64,000 nt of DNA from positions 800,001-864,000 of the forward strand of contig JBESAV010000001.1 of the NCBI GenBank assembly GCA_041242255.1. Direction: 5' to 3'. The translations under genes and the position numbers were made by a program. The notes beneath the pieces were generated by a model that ran no database searches, was not told the DNA's origin, and saw only the letters and a program-made list of their open reading frames with translations. How positions within the stretch are numbered: the first letter of the stretch is position 1; every line of letters begins with the position of its first letter. This DNA is from Candidatus Altimarinota bacterium. Lineage in GTDB: Bacteria; Patescibacteriota; Gracilibacteria; UBA1369; GCA-2718715. Below are positions 9,419 through 19,119 of the stretch, in pieces.

Positions 9419-12065
9419 TATTCTTGAATTGTTTTCTCAGCTCTTTTTCAAAATCATCATAATCAATGCCTTCTCTTTCAAGTGCAGATGCAATTAACCT
9501 CCCATATGATTCAGTAATATTTTGTAAATATGGACTTACAACTTCAAGTTCAGCTTCTTCAACTACTGATTCCACAGAAGCTTTGCTACTCTCTAAATCA
9601 ATATAGCTCTCCCTTACATTACTTAAATCTACTTCAGGCCTCCAATCACTCTCAGAAACAAGAACTCCATAAACTAAGAAATAGTTTCTAGCATTTACTT
9701 TTACATATGCTTTGTCATTTCCTTCAATCCTTACTGTAGGCAAAGCGTTAGTAAAATTCAACGAAGTTGTTTTATTAACATACTTACTATCAACATTGTA
9801 TAACTTAAAAACATCACACATCTCTTTCCACACATCTCTTTCCACAAGATAGCTTTGCTTAACAGTGTTCCCTGACAGATCATATTGCACATCGCTGTAG
9901 CTCAAACCAAAACCACTATCTAAAACTAAATTTAAATCAACCGTAGAATCAAAATTATCAGCGTTAATAGTATCCATTTCAGTTACAAGAAGATAAGGAA
10001 AAGCTAAATGAGAATTTAACAAAATCTTATCCTCATCTACTAAAGCAGACTCAATCGAACTTTCAATATCTAGAATTTCCACTTCAGAACAACCATCAAT
10101 CTTACTATGACCATATCTATATTTTGACTCAACCAGTTTCGCAGCCTTTTTATTATATACTCCTAATCTACTAACAAAATGCTTTTGGTCGTAAGAATCA
10201 GCTTTCTCTCTTAAAACATAAGGAAGTAATTGAATTAATCTTGCAACACCTACTGGTGGCTCAATATACTTATCTTCAAAAGAATCAACATTTTCAAATT
10301 CAGATTCATTATCTTCAACTGTAGAATTCTCTGAAGCGACTTGAATCGACTGCGTAGAAGAATCTACCTCTGGCCGCCATCCATTCGAATCCTCCAAGGC
10401 AATCCCTGCAAAAATCAAAAAGTAAACAGGATCAATAGAAACATAAACACCTTCAACCCCATAATCACCAGCATGGCTAATACCAGATGCATAAGAACTA
10501 CTAGGTATTATACCGTCCATATTTGACCGCACTTCAGCTTTCAAATTCTCCCAATCCTCAGCAGTAACAATTAAATCGTAAGTCCAATATTTATTATTAT
10601 TATAATTTACACCTTTTATCATATTCACAAAACTTGAACAAACAACTTTCTCAGGTAAATTAATACTATTCATCCAGTCTTCATCAATGAAACTTTTATA
10701 GCTTAATCTATAACTTGCATACAATAAATGATTATCAAACAATCTGTTCTCCGTAGGACTCAGGTTCGATAAATACTCATCAACCAAATTTGCAACATCT
10801 TCTTCAGTCAATTCATGCATATCAGTCACATCAATATCCAACTCTTTACCAACAAATTTCTTCAACCTTACATCAGTTATAACACCATTACGAACATGTA
10901 AATAATCATCCACTACCCCTTTATCTTCTAACATTTTACCGAGTAACTGCAATATAACTTCCACACCTATTGGCATAAGGTCTCTCACTAAACCATCAAG
11001 CTCATTTTCAGATAAATCACTAACCACTTCAGGTAAACTAAGCTGCTCTTCCTCAGACTTATAGTCCAACCTCCAACCATGCTCATAGTAAGCAGCAGCA
11101 AAGACATACAAGTAAGCATCTGCTGGTACAGAAACATGTTCAACCCCATCAATTTCCTGAACTCCTCGACCTCTAAGATTAAAAAAAACAGATCTACTTG
11201 TGAAATAAAGATCCTTTTCATCAGAAAGAATATCACTTAATTCAATCCATTTTTTCTTTTCAATCAGAACAGTATGATGAACAGATCTAACATCCTCAAA
11301 ACCATGCTCTACAACAAAATCCCAAATTCCAGCCTTTACTAATTCATTCGGATCAATCAATTTAACAATTTCAGCAGCCTTCAAATAACCACTATCAACA
11401 CGTCTAGAAAGTCTCCTAAAAGCCCACAACAAACTATTTTCAAATAGCTTCTCATCTTCTTGAGACATCATCACACTAAGGGTATTGTATAACTCTTCCC
11501 CAAATTCTTGACTAATATCGGATAACTCATCACCTTCAAAACCAAAATGCTTTTTCAAAACATCCAATACAGTTACCCATCTTCGAATAGTTGTTGCTGG
11601 ATTTAAATCATTTTCTATATCATCATCAAACAAATGCATATCAAATATCAGTTGACCAACTGCTGATACTCCAACTGGTAATTCAGAGCTCAAAACATTC
11701 TCAATCTCTGAACTTATATCTGAAACCTCTTCTTCTACCTCATCTTTAGAAGACAAAAACTCTTTAGCTTCTTCAGATATCAAAGATAAACCAGAACTTA
11801 CATACTGAATAACGTACCTCCAATCCTCTTCACTCAAAGTAGATAAATCTATTACATCTAATTGCGAAAATTCTTGAATAGTAAGACCAGCAAAAATAAC
11901 CTTATCCAAATTATCCCAGTCCACATTTCTCTGAATCACATTTACTTTAAAATTGGCCTCAATCGTACCGTCAGACTGAATAAATCTTCTTTGCTTTTCA
12001 AGTGGAAGTTTTTCAAACCCACTACGCAACCTATCAGCTCGACTTGGCTTGTTAATAGTTTCCAT
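9414..12065 (-). CDS. Hypothetical protein with three tandem ~237-aa repeats
   Basis: PVGV/PIGV/PVGV..QL starts at aa ~130, 365 and 604; units end GWRLDY, GWRPEVD, DWRPEVD. Confidence 0.75.
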   Translation of the reverse strand: METINKPSRADRLRSGFEKLPLEKQRRFIQSDGTIEANFKVNVIQRNVDWDNLDKVIFAGLTIQEFSQLDVIDLSTLSEEDWRYVIQYVSSGLSLISEEAKEFLSSKDEVEEEVSDISSEIENVLSSELPVGVSAVGQLIFDMHLFDDDIENDLNPATTIRRWVTVLDVLKKHFGFEGDELSDISQEFGEELYNTLSVMMSQEDEKLFENSLLWAFRRLSRRVDSGYLKAAEIVKLIDPNELVKAGIWDFVVEHGFEDVRSVHHTVLIEKKKWIELSDILSDEKDLYFTSRSVFFNLRGRGVQEIDGVEHVSVPADAYLYVFAAAYYEHGWRLDYKSEEEQLSLPEVVSDLSENELDGLVRDLMPIGVEVILQLLGKMLEDKGVVDDYLHVRNGVITDVRLKKFVGKELDIDVTDMHELTEEDVANLVDEYLSNLSPTENRLFDNHLLYASYRLSYKSFIDEDWMNSINLPEKVVCSSFVNMIKGVNYNNNKYWTYDLIVTAEDWENLKAEVRSNMDGIIPSSSYASGISHAGDYGVEGVYVSIDPVYFLIFAGIALEDSNGWRPEVDSSTQSIQVASENSTVEDNESEFENVDSFEDKYIEPPVGVARLIQLLPYVLREKADSYDQKHFVSRLGVYNKKAAKLVESKYRYGHSKIDGCSEVEILDIESSIESALVDEDKILLNSHLAFPYLLVTEMDTINADNFDSTVDLNLVLDSGFGLSYSDVQYDLSGNTVKQSYLVERDVWKEMCDVFKLYNVDSKYVNKTTSLNFTNALPTVRIEGNDKAYVKVNARNYFLVYGVLVSESDWRPEVDLSNVRESYIDLESSKASVESVVEEAELEVVSPYLQNITESYGRLIASALEREGIDYDDFEKELRKQFKNT

Positions 12066-12069
12066 AATA

Positions 12070-12672
12070 TTAATTATTTATTTTATATTTTTGACAAAGC
12101 TCATTGAAATCACTTAATAAATTTTTATTAGCTTGAACTTCTTGTGATCTCAATTTAACCTCTAAGTTTTTCTCAACTCTTTCCTTCATTTTCATTGTAA
12201 TATTTGATATTACTGGGTGATCACTTATAGAAATCAAAAGATACTCCCTTCTAAATTCGTTATTTTTATATGTCTCAGCCAATACTGAATACCAAAAATC
12301 ATCTTCAAAAAGTAATTCATTATCAATTTCTCCTTCATACATATCTTGAGCCTCTAAATATTGTAAAACAACTATTGCTGCTTGACCGTATTTCTTAGTA
12401 AACTCACCCATCGTCAATGAACTAAAGAAACTAATTAAAGACTTAAACAACAACAAGTGTAATATTCTAAACAAATCCTCCAATTCTTTTTCTATTTCTT
12501 CCAAAACTATCAAATCACTCTCCACCCTAGGAACTAATAAACTAGTTCTTTTCATAATTTCTAGAAAAGCCCTTAACTCCTCCAAGTTCAAATCTTCTTG
12601 AAATTGATTTAATAATTCTCGAATTCCAGACGCAGCCGACAATGCCTCATTCATTGTTGTATTTTTATTCAT
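12070..12672 (-). CDS. Hypothetical helical protein
   Basis: 200-aa ORF overlapping the end of the helicase-like gene. Confidence 0.65.
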   Translation of the reverse strand: MNKNTTMNEALSAASGIRELLNQFQEDLNLEELRAFLEIMKRTSLLVPRVESDLIVLEEIEKELEDLFRILHLLLFKSLISFFSSLTMGEFTKKYGQAAIVVLQYLEAQDMYEGEIDNELLFEDDFWYSVLAETYKNNEFRREYLLISISDHPVISNITMKMKERVEKNLEVKLRSQEVQANKNLLSDFNELCQKYKINN

Positions 12673-14668
12673 ATTTAACCTTAATTCCTACATTATGCTT
12701 CAAACTATCATCTATAAAAGGTAGCTTTATAAAAATCTCTTTCACTTTAGACTCACCTCTATAATCAATAATTACACCATCAACAGGAGCGACTTCTTCA
12801 CTAAAATCAACTATTCCATCTTCATCGCTATGATTCTTGGCATACTCAACTTCTCCTTCAAACCAAAAATCAGAAGGATCAAAACTAGTTAATCTAAATC
12901 TAAATACAGTTGTAGACCCATCAGCTTCATCATAATAAAAAGTCATTCCACTATCAGACATCAAATTATCCACCGAAACAGTTTCATCAACATAAAAATT
13001 AATTTCACCTGTTTCACCATAATCTTTCAACACTCTAATTTCTTTACCTTTACCAAGAATTGCTTTCCAAACATTCTTCAAAGAATATAGCCTATAATTC
13101 TTCTTTTCATTTCCAACCTCATACACACCAATCATTGATTTATTCTCATCTTCAGGATAAAAACTCAACACATCAAACAAATCACTAAAAATATTTTCAT
13201 CTAGATCTAAACCAAATTCTATTAAAAAGGCTTCAAAACTCTCTTGATCATTAAACCAAGTAATATTGTATCTCTTCAAAACTTTGACTAAATCACTATC
13301 AGACCATATCAAACCTGAAATCATAGATAATGAAGTATCTCTGGTGATATAATTCTCACCTTCTAAATTTAAAAATAAATCTTGATCTAAATCATAATAA
13401 GTTCCTTCAATCAATTCTCCATCATATCCATATAAATTCACAAACTCATTTGCTAAGAAATGACTATCTTTATCAGCATCAATTCTAGAAACTGAAACTG
13501 AAACAGGAACCTCACCATCTCTAATGCTAGCGTAACTAAAACTCTCTCCAACATACACTCTTACACCTTCATTCAATTCCTCACCTCTTTCATGATATTC
13601 TGCATCGATCACTCCGTGAACTAACTCTATAACATTAGCACCTGAGAAATCATCATAAGGCAACAACCTACCAAAGATATCACTAACTTCAGCCAAAGCA
13701 GTCCTAGGATACAAATTCACAATCACATCAAGACCAGTAGGATAATAATGCAAAGATCTAGTTCCAGAAATGGTAGCAAACATCCAATTATCAGATGAAT
13801 TTGCTTCAAGTACGTCTAAGAAATCTGCATACCCCCAACCATCATTGGGCTTAATAATTGTCTTACCTAGACCTGTAAAATAATCATGAAGGCCTTCACA
13901 TTGGGCCACAGAACCAACAACCAATACACTTTCCGCTCCGATCACATCTACTTGCTCTACAATCTTTTCCATAACTTCCTCACTCAAACGAGCAGTAGTA
14001 CGACTAGACTCTGCTGGCACTGGTATTACTCTTATATCTAAACTAGCTTTTGATTTTTCTAAAAACTCAGAAAAAGTCTCAAAGTTGTGAGTAACACTAG
14101 GCTTGGATATAAGCTCAAAATCATAAGCTGTATTAGCAGTACAACTAGATGCAGCTAAATATAACCTGTTATCTCCTGGCTGATTAAAATGCTTGGCTGA
14201 TACCTTCTTACCTGGAGAACCATACTCAGCATTATCAAACATAACAATATCAAAACCATAATCATCTAAAAACTCAGAAAAATCTACTGTATCAACAAAT
14301 TTACCTAAACTTTTATATTCAAACATCAACGAAAACTTTTCCTTATCATCATCAGTTAAATAACTGTTGATTCTTCTAAACTCGGATCTATACTCCTCAT
14401 CCAACAAATACACAAAGTAATCTAAAGCTATACTAGTACTTCCCATATATAAAACTTTCAAATCTTCATCTAGAAAAACCTGAGCCAATCTTGCAAGATA
14501 ATTTGTCTTACCATACCCAGGCCTCGCCTTTATCAAGTGTAAACCATTAAAATTATTTAATACACCTTCAGTAACCTCCTCAAACCTACTAAAATCTTTC
14601 GACTTATTCCCAGTCTCTCCAGTAGAATTGTGAATTTCTCTTAAACTATTTTCTAAACTTTTTTTCAT
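12665..14668 (-). CDS. Degenerate superfamily 2 helicase-like protein (ResIII/RadD-like) with unknown C-terminal half
   Basis: Walker A ARPGYGKT, Ia KVLYMGST, II VMFDNAE, III AASSCT, V/VI LDVIVNLYP..DIFGRLLP. Confidence 0.65.
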   Translation of the reverse strand: MKKSLENSLREIHNSTGETGNKSKDFSRFEEVTEGVLNNFNGLHLIKARPGYGKTNYLARLAQVFLDEDLKVLYMGSTSIALDYFVYLLDEEYRSEFRRINSYLTDDDKEKFSLMFEYKSLGKFVDTVDFSEFLDDYGFDIVMFDNAEYGSPGKKVSAKHFNQPGDNRLYLAASSCTANTAYDFELISKPSVTHNFETFSEFLEKSKASLDIRVIPVPAESSRTTARLSEEVMEKIVEQVDVIGAESVLVVGSVAQCEGLHDYFTGLGKTIIKPNDGWGYADFLDVLEANSSDNWMFATISGTRSLHYYPTGLDVIVNLYPRTALAEVSDIFGRLLPYDDFSGANVIELVHGVIDAEYHERGEELNEGVRVYVGESFSYASIRDGEVPVSVSVSRIDADKDSHFLANEFVNLYGYDGELIEGTYYDLDQDLFLNLEGENYITRDTSLSMISGLIWSDSDLVKVLKRYNITWFNDQESFEAFLIEFGLDLDENIFSDLFDVLSFYPEDENKSMIGVYEVGNEKKNYRLYSLKNVWKAILGKGKEIRVLKDYGETGEINFYVDETVSVDNLMSDSGMTFYYDEADGSTTVFRFRLTSFDPSDFWFEGEVEYAKNHSDEDGIVDFSEEVAPVDGVIIDYRGESKVKEIFIKLPFIDDSLKHNVGIKVKYE

Positions 14669-14670
14669 AT

Positions 14671-15729
14671 CTAAAACTTAATCTTAAATCCTGCACTAAT
14701 CAAAGCCTCCCTCACCTCTTCAATCGTCCAAAAATCAAATAAAACATTCATAATAGGCCTTAGTGCAGATTTCATATAAATATCTCCCCTAGTCAAAAAC
14801 GCTAAATTTGAAACTTCAAAACTACTATGAATAAAGTGGGACTTAGAATTTGAGCTATCACCACTTTCAAAACCTAATAACTCTAAAAATTCACTAAGGT
14901 CTGAACCTGACACCTGCTTATTAGCATACCTTTTAAATCGCTTCATAAAAACATCTTGCCTTTCCTCTAAAGTCAAACCGTCACTCTCTTCTTCAATTTT
15001 ATAACTATCCAACAGATCATGTAACCTATCATCACTCAACGCATTAACAGCAATTGATCTCACTTCTTCAAACTGCTCAACTCCAAACTCATTCATGAAA
15101 AAATCAATCACTAAATCAAAATGATACTCTATAGACTCATGTCCTTCCTCGGCGAACACACCTAAATAGTCTTTTTCAAAATTTTTAAAACATCCCCAAA
15201 CAGAATCTGCATATAGATCGACATTTGGATTAGAGTCACTTGCCAAAGCACTCACAAATGAAACCAAATCAGATAATTCAAACTTAGAAAATTTCACGTG
15301 ACCAATTTCTTCACTTATCTCATCTATAGCTTCTACAATACTCTCATCCTCCCAAGCCTCATCAACTGGATCCGTTGATCCCACTAACTTAGAATTCAAC
15401 TGAGGCATTACAAGCTCCATAAATTCATCAGCATTCAACTCTTTTTTAAACTCTTCATATTCAAGAGCATCTTGAAAACAAACATTCATCACATCTCTAA
15501 CACCTTCTAATTCACATATACTTAGATTATGACCCTCACAATTTACGTCTTTTTTCAATAACTGCCTACACATAAAAGAAGAAAAAAGAGGTAATTGACT
15601 TTGCAATTCCTGGATTAATACATTCAAATCATCAATCCTCCTTAAAGATTCAAGCAAGTCCACAATTGATAATACTCTATTTTCACGCTGGGTTTCACTA
15701 ACCACCGACGAAGGACAAAGGTTTTTCAT
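14671..15729 (-). CDS. Hypothetical protein with C-terminal HicA-like segment
   Basis: VSGSDLSEFLELLGFE..SKSHFIH..DIYMKSALRPIMNVL. Confidence 0.5.
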   Translation of the reverse strand: MKNLCPSSVVSETQRENRVLSIVDLLESLRRIDDLNVLIQELQSQLPLFSSFMCRQLLKKDVNCEGHNLSICELEGVRDVMNVCFQDALEYEEFKKELNADEFMELVMPQLNSKLVGSTDPVDEAWEDESIVEAIDEISEEIGHVKFSKFELSDLVSFVSALASDSNPNVDLYADSVWGCFKNFEKDYLGVFAEEGHESIEYHFDLVIDFFMNEFGVEQFEEVRSIAVNALSDDRLHDLLDSYKIEEESDGLTLEERQDVFMKRFKRYANKQVSGSDLSEFLELLGFESGDSSNSKSHFIHSSFEVSNLAFLTRGDIYMKSALRPIMNVLFDFWTIEEVREALISAGFKIKF

Positions 15730-15748
15730 AATAAAAATTTAAGAACGC

Positions 15749-15777
15749 AAAATAACACTTAAAACAATATTGTCAAG
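15749..15777 (-). promoter_or_regulatory. Sigma70-like promoter CTTGACA-16bp-TATTTT heading the orphan island
   Basis: -35 at 15776-15771, -10 at 15754-15749; a few bp after the glyS stop. Confidence 0.6.
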
Positions 15778-15783
15778 TATTAT

Positions 15784-17172
15784 TTATACCAACCCAACCA
15801 GCTCGTCTATCTTAACCCTCTTCTGCTCAGCTGTATTACGATCCCTTACTGTAACAGTTCCATCTTCTAACCCATCAAAATCAACTGTGACACAGTAAGG
15901 CGTACCAATTTCATCCATCTTTCTATACCTTTTACCAATTGAACCAGAGGTCAGAAGCTCACATGAAAACTTACCCTTAAGATCATCATAAATCTTTTGT
16001 GCAACCTCCATCACTTCACCTTTTTTAACTAAAGGCAATATAGCCATCTTCACCGGCGCAATTCCAGCATCAAGATCAAGATAAACTCTTTCGCTTCCAT
16101 CAACTTCATCTTCCCTATATGCATCACACAACACAGTAGTCACCATACGAGACAACCCAAAAGATGGCTCTATTACATGCGGAGTTACCTTCTTACCTTG
16201 AGGATATGTATAAACCAAAGTCTGCCCAGAATTCTCCTCGTGATTCTTCAAGTCAAAATCAGTCCTATACGCTAAACCAAATGACTCCTTGAATCCCCAT
16301 GGAAATTGAAACTCTAGATCTTCCGTCCTATCAGAATAATGAGAAAGCTCATCCTCATCATGCTCTCTCCACCTAACTCTCTCCTCACTCAAACCTATAT
16401 CCCTCACTGCAAACTCCTGCATCTGCTCTTTCCAATAATCAAAAAGCTCATTCCAATCATTTTCTTCAGGGTCAAAGAAGTACTCAAACTCCATCAAATC
16501 AAACTCCAAAGTCCTAAATGTAAACTGCCCCTTAGTAATCTCATTTCTAAAAGCCTTCCCAGTCTGACCTATACCAAACGGTAGCTTAGGAGAAAGTGAA
16601 TCCATCACATTTTTAAAGTTCAAGAAAATCCCTTGAGCAATCTCACCTCTAAGGTACACCTCACTCCCCTCTCCTTCCACGATTCCAATCTCAGTCTTGA
16701 AAAGTAGATTCATTTTTTTAGCAGGACCAAACTCATTCCCATCCGGACTCAAAATCCCATTATCTTTTATCATCTTATCTAGTTCTTCTGCAGGCAACCC
16801 ATCAACCTTTACCTCTTCACCTTTAGCTTCAAAAAAGTCTTCTATTATGTGATCAGCTCTATACCTTTTATTATTTACTGTATCTTCCACCATTACATCA
16901 GCAAAATTAGCAACATGCCCAGAAGCATCCCAAACTTTAGGATTCAAAATAATCGAACTCTCAATCTGATGGATATCAGCTCTAGAACGTATAAACCTTT
17001 GCAGCCATTTATTTCTAATATTCTCCTTAAGCATTACACCATAAGGCCCATAATCATAAGTATTTGCCATACCGCCGTAAATCTCACATGAAGGAAAGAT
17101 AAAACCTCTCCTCTTACATAGTGCAGTAACCTTACTTAGCAAATCTTGATTATAAATATCTTTTTGAGCCAT
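15784..17172 (-). CDS. glyS: Glycyl-tRNA synthetase, dimeric alpha2 type
   Basis: KRRGFIFPSCEIYGG, YDYGPYG, YLRGEIAQG, GKAFRNEIT, HVIEPSFG, SIGKRYRKMDEIGTP. Confidence 0.95.
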   Translation of the reverse strand: MAQKDIYNQDLLSKVTALCKRRGFIFPSCEIYGGMANTYDYGPYGVMLKENIRNKWLQRFIRSRADIHQIESSIILNPKVWDASGHVANFADVMVEDTVNNKRYRADHIIEDFFEAKGEEVKVDGLPAEELDKMIKDNGILSPDGNEFGPAKKMNLLFKTEIGIVEGEGSEVYLRGEIAQGIFLNFKNVMDSLSPKLPFGIGQTGKAFRNEITKGQFTFRTLEFDLMEFEYFFDPEENDWNELFDYWKEQMQEFAVRDIGLSEERVRWREHDEDELSHYSDRTEDLEFQFPWGFKESFGLAYRTDFDLKNHEENSGQTLVYTYPQGKKVTPHVIEPSFGLSRMVTTVLCDAYREDEVDGSERVYLDLDAGIAPVKMAILPLVKKGEVMEVAQKIYDDLKGKFSCELLTSGSIGKRYRKMDEIGTPYCVTVDFDGLEDGTVTVRDRNTAEQKRVKIDELVGLV

Positions 17173-17224
17173 ATAATTTCTTAAAATTTGCTTTAATATA
17201 AGCCCTAAACAATTTTTTTACAAC

Positions 17225-17252
17225 AAAAAAGCCACCCAATACAGGCAGCTTT
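17225..17252 (-). terminator. Rho-independent terminator after the DUF3467 gene
   Basis: Minus strand AAGCTGCCT-gtatt-GGGTGGCTT followed by a T run. Confidence 0.6.
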
Positions 17253-17262
17253 CAATTCAAAT

Positions 17263-17568
17263 CTAAGCGTTTCCTTGCTCTCCAGCTTGCTCTTGTTTTT
17301 TGGCTTGGTGCTCTTTGATTTTATTTCTAAAGTCCAGAAGAGAATTCTGCAAAATAGACAAGAATTGCTCAGCAGTACGATGATTCATGTTCATTCTTTC
17401 TACCACTCTAATCTCTTGTGGATTAGTATTTGGAACTGTGTAACCAAAGTCGACTACAACCTCATTTGTATTTACGTGAACAGAAACAGCATTACTGTAA
17501 CTACCCTTTTTTGCATTTTCATTATCAAAAGTAACAGTAAAGTTTTTTTGTTGATTATTATCAGCCAT
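17263..17568 (-). CDS. DUF3467-family protein
   Basis: GSYSNAVSVH..NEVVVDFG..RMNMNHRTAEQFLSIL pattern. Confidence 0.8.
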   Translation of the reverse strand: MADNNQQKNFTVTFDNENAKKGSYSNAVSVHVNTNEVVVDFGYTVPNTNPQEIRVVERMNMNHRTAEQFLSILQNSLLDFRNKIKEHQAKKQEQAGEQGNA

Positions 17569-17614
17569 TCTAAAAAATTAAATTAAACACATTCATTATA
17601 ACAAACTTCGCTCT

Positions 17615-18772
17615 CTACAATAAGTCAAACTTCTTTTTACTCAACTCAAACAACAAACTCTTCAAAGAATCAACATCAGACAGCTCAAAACTTTTTTCCT
17701 CACCTCTCTTACTTATAGTTAAAGTTTCATTAACCTTACTCACTTCTCCCCAGTTCGTTCTAACATTAAAATCACTATCTAACATATCAAACAACATCTC
17801 TTCACTTAACCATCTTACCAGCACTTCTCTATCTCTAATAATTTGCAAATTCCCAGGTATCCTCCATAAAAAAAGCATCCATAACTCAACACCACTATAA
17901 TCCTCTAAGTCCTTCAACATCTCTTCAAAACAACCATCCTCATATGACTTTGGACTACTAAAATACGTCAACAAATCAGATTTCATTTCCTCAGACACCT
18001 TTTTATACTCTACTGTTCCAAGGTAAAACTTCTGAGCAATCCTAAATTTTTCTAAATCATAATCATCCTCAAAAAAAGAATGACTCACAGAGTCTCCCAA
18101 CCAATCATTCTCTACAAATGGCATATCTGAACTGACTATGAAGTCACCACCAAGCATAAAGCTATCAACATTACCAATGTTAAATCTAGCCTCAGAACTC
18201 CTCAAAGGAGAACTTGCGTATACATACCCATAAGTATTGTTTGAATAATAAGGTCCTATCTTATAACTCCTATTTCTCCCTATACCAACTCTATACACAG
18301 CCCCAATATCATTATCATTCATAAAGTGAGCTAACTTCGAATTAAACAAAATCATATATTCATCAACAATCTTAGAAGCACCCTCCCCTATCTCTTCCAA
18401 AAATTTATATCTATTTCTTAAACGCTCAGCTTTCAAATAACGAGCCACCCTAACCATATCCAACAACCTAAATCTCTCTTCAACAGTCAAGGCACCATAA
18501 GCATCTAGTTCAGACCTACTAAAGGATTTACTTAACTGTACCTCTTCCCTACTAAAACTATAATCACTTACCCCAAAACGAAGATCTACAAAAAATGAAC
18601 CAACCACAGCCTCAGTACACTCACCTTCCTTAAAACCACTAATTTGAAGGGTATCCTCAGGTACAACTATAGCCACATCAACTTCGTACTCATTACCACC
18701 ATTATGTGTAACAGAAATAGCATCATCTCTAACCACAGTATCTTCAAAATCAATAGCCCAAAATTCTCTCAC
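17615..18772 (-). CDS. Divergent stand-alone RNB (RNase II/R catalytic) domain protein
   Basis: AIDFEDTVVRDDAIS, IVDEYMILFN, AVYRV, YVYASSPLR; no CSD or S1 domain evident. Confidence 0.7.
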   Translation of the reverse strand: MREFWAIDFEDTVVRDDAISVTHNGGNEYEVDVAIVVPEDTLQISGFKEGECTEAVVGSFFVDLRFGVSDYSFSREEVQLSKSFSRSELDAYGALTVEERFRLLDMVRVARYLKAERLRNRYKFLEEIGEGASKIVDEYMILFNSKLAHFMNDNDIGAVYRVGIGRNRSYKIGPYYSNNTYGYVYASSPLRSSEARFNIGNVDSFMLGGDFIVSSDMPFVENDWLGDSVSHSFFEDDYDLEKFRIAQKFYLGTVEYKKVSEEMKSDLLTYFSSPKSYEDGCFEEMLKDLEDYSGVELWMLFLWRIPGNLQIIRDREVLVRWLSEEMLFDMLDSDFNVRTNWGEVSKVNETLTISKRGEEKSFELSDVDSLKSLLFELSKKKFDLL

Positions 18773-18796
18773 ACAAAATAATTAATTTAGTGCAAG

Positions 18797-18825
18797 AATA
18801 TACCATCAACTAGTCAAATTGCAAG
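18797..18825 (-). promoter_or_regulatory. Sigma70-like promoter CTTGCAA-16bp-TATATT
   Basis: -35 at 18824-18819, -10 at 18802-18797. Confidence 0.5.
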
Positions 18826-19037
18826 CTATCACCCAGCAAAAAACTTAAGTAATCTTCCGGCAAACTAGTCTCCCAAGACTCTAATTCTTTAGGTGAAGAT
18901 ATAACCCCCAACAAAGCATCTCTTGTCTCATCTTCTATCTCAGAAACCTCTCTTAACCCTAAACCTCGCATTTCCTCTTCAGAAACTTCCTCCAGACCTA
19001 ATTTCTTCCTAATTTCTATAAACTCAACCGGCTTCAT
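18810..19037 (-). CDS. Hypothetical small acidic protein
   Basis: 75-aa ORF fitting the local gene layout. Confidence 0.55.
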   Translation of the reverse strand: MKPVEFIEIRKKLGLEEVSEEEMRGLGLREVSEIEDETRDALLGVISSPKELESWETSLPEDYLSFLLGDSLQFD

Positions 19038-19119
19038 CGCATAAATTAATTCTTAAAACAACTTATACAATCCCATAAAATCTTCTAGATCAACCAGCTA
19101 TATCAATCCATTTTGTAAA

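Noticed and set aside
5570-15729. Prophage, integron or transposon origin of the orphan island
   Set aside because: No integrase, transposase, phage structural gene, attC-like palindrome or flanking direct repeat seen; composition matches the host strand bias
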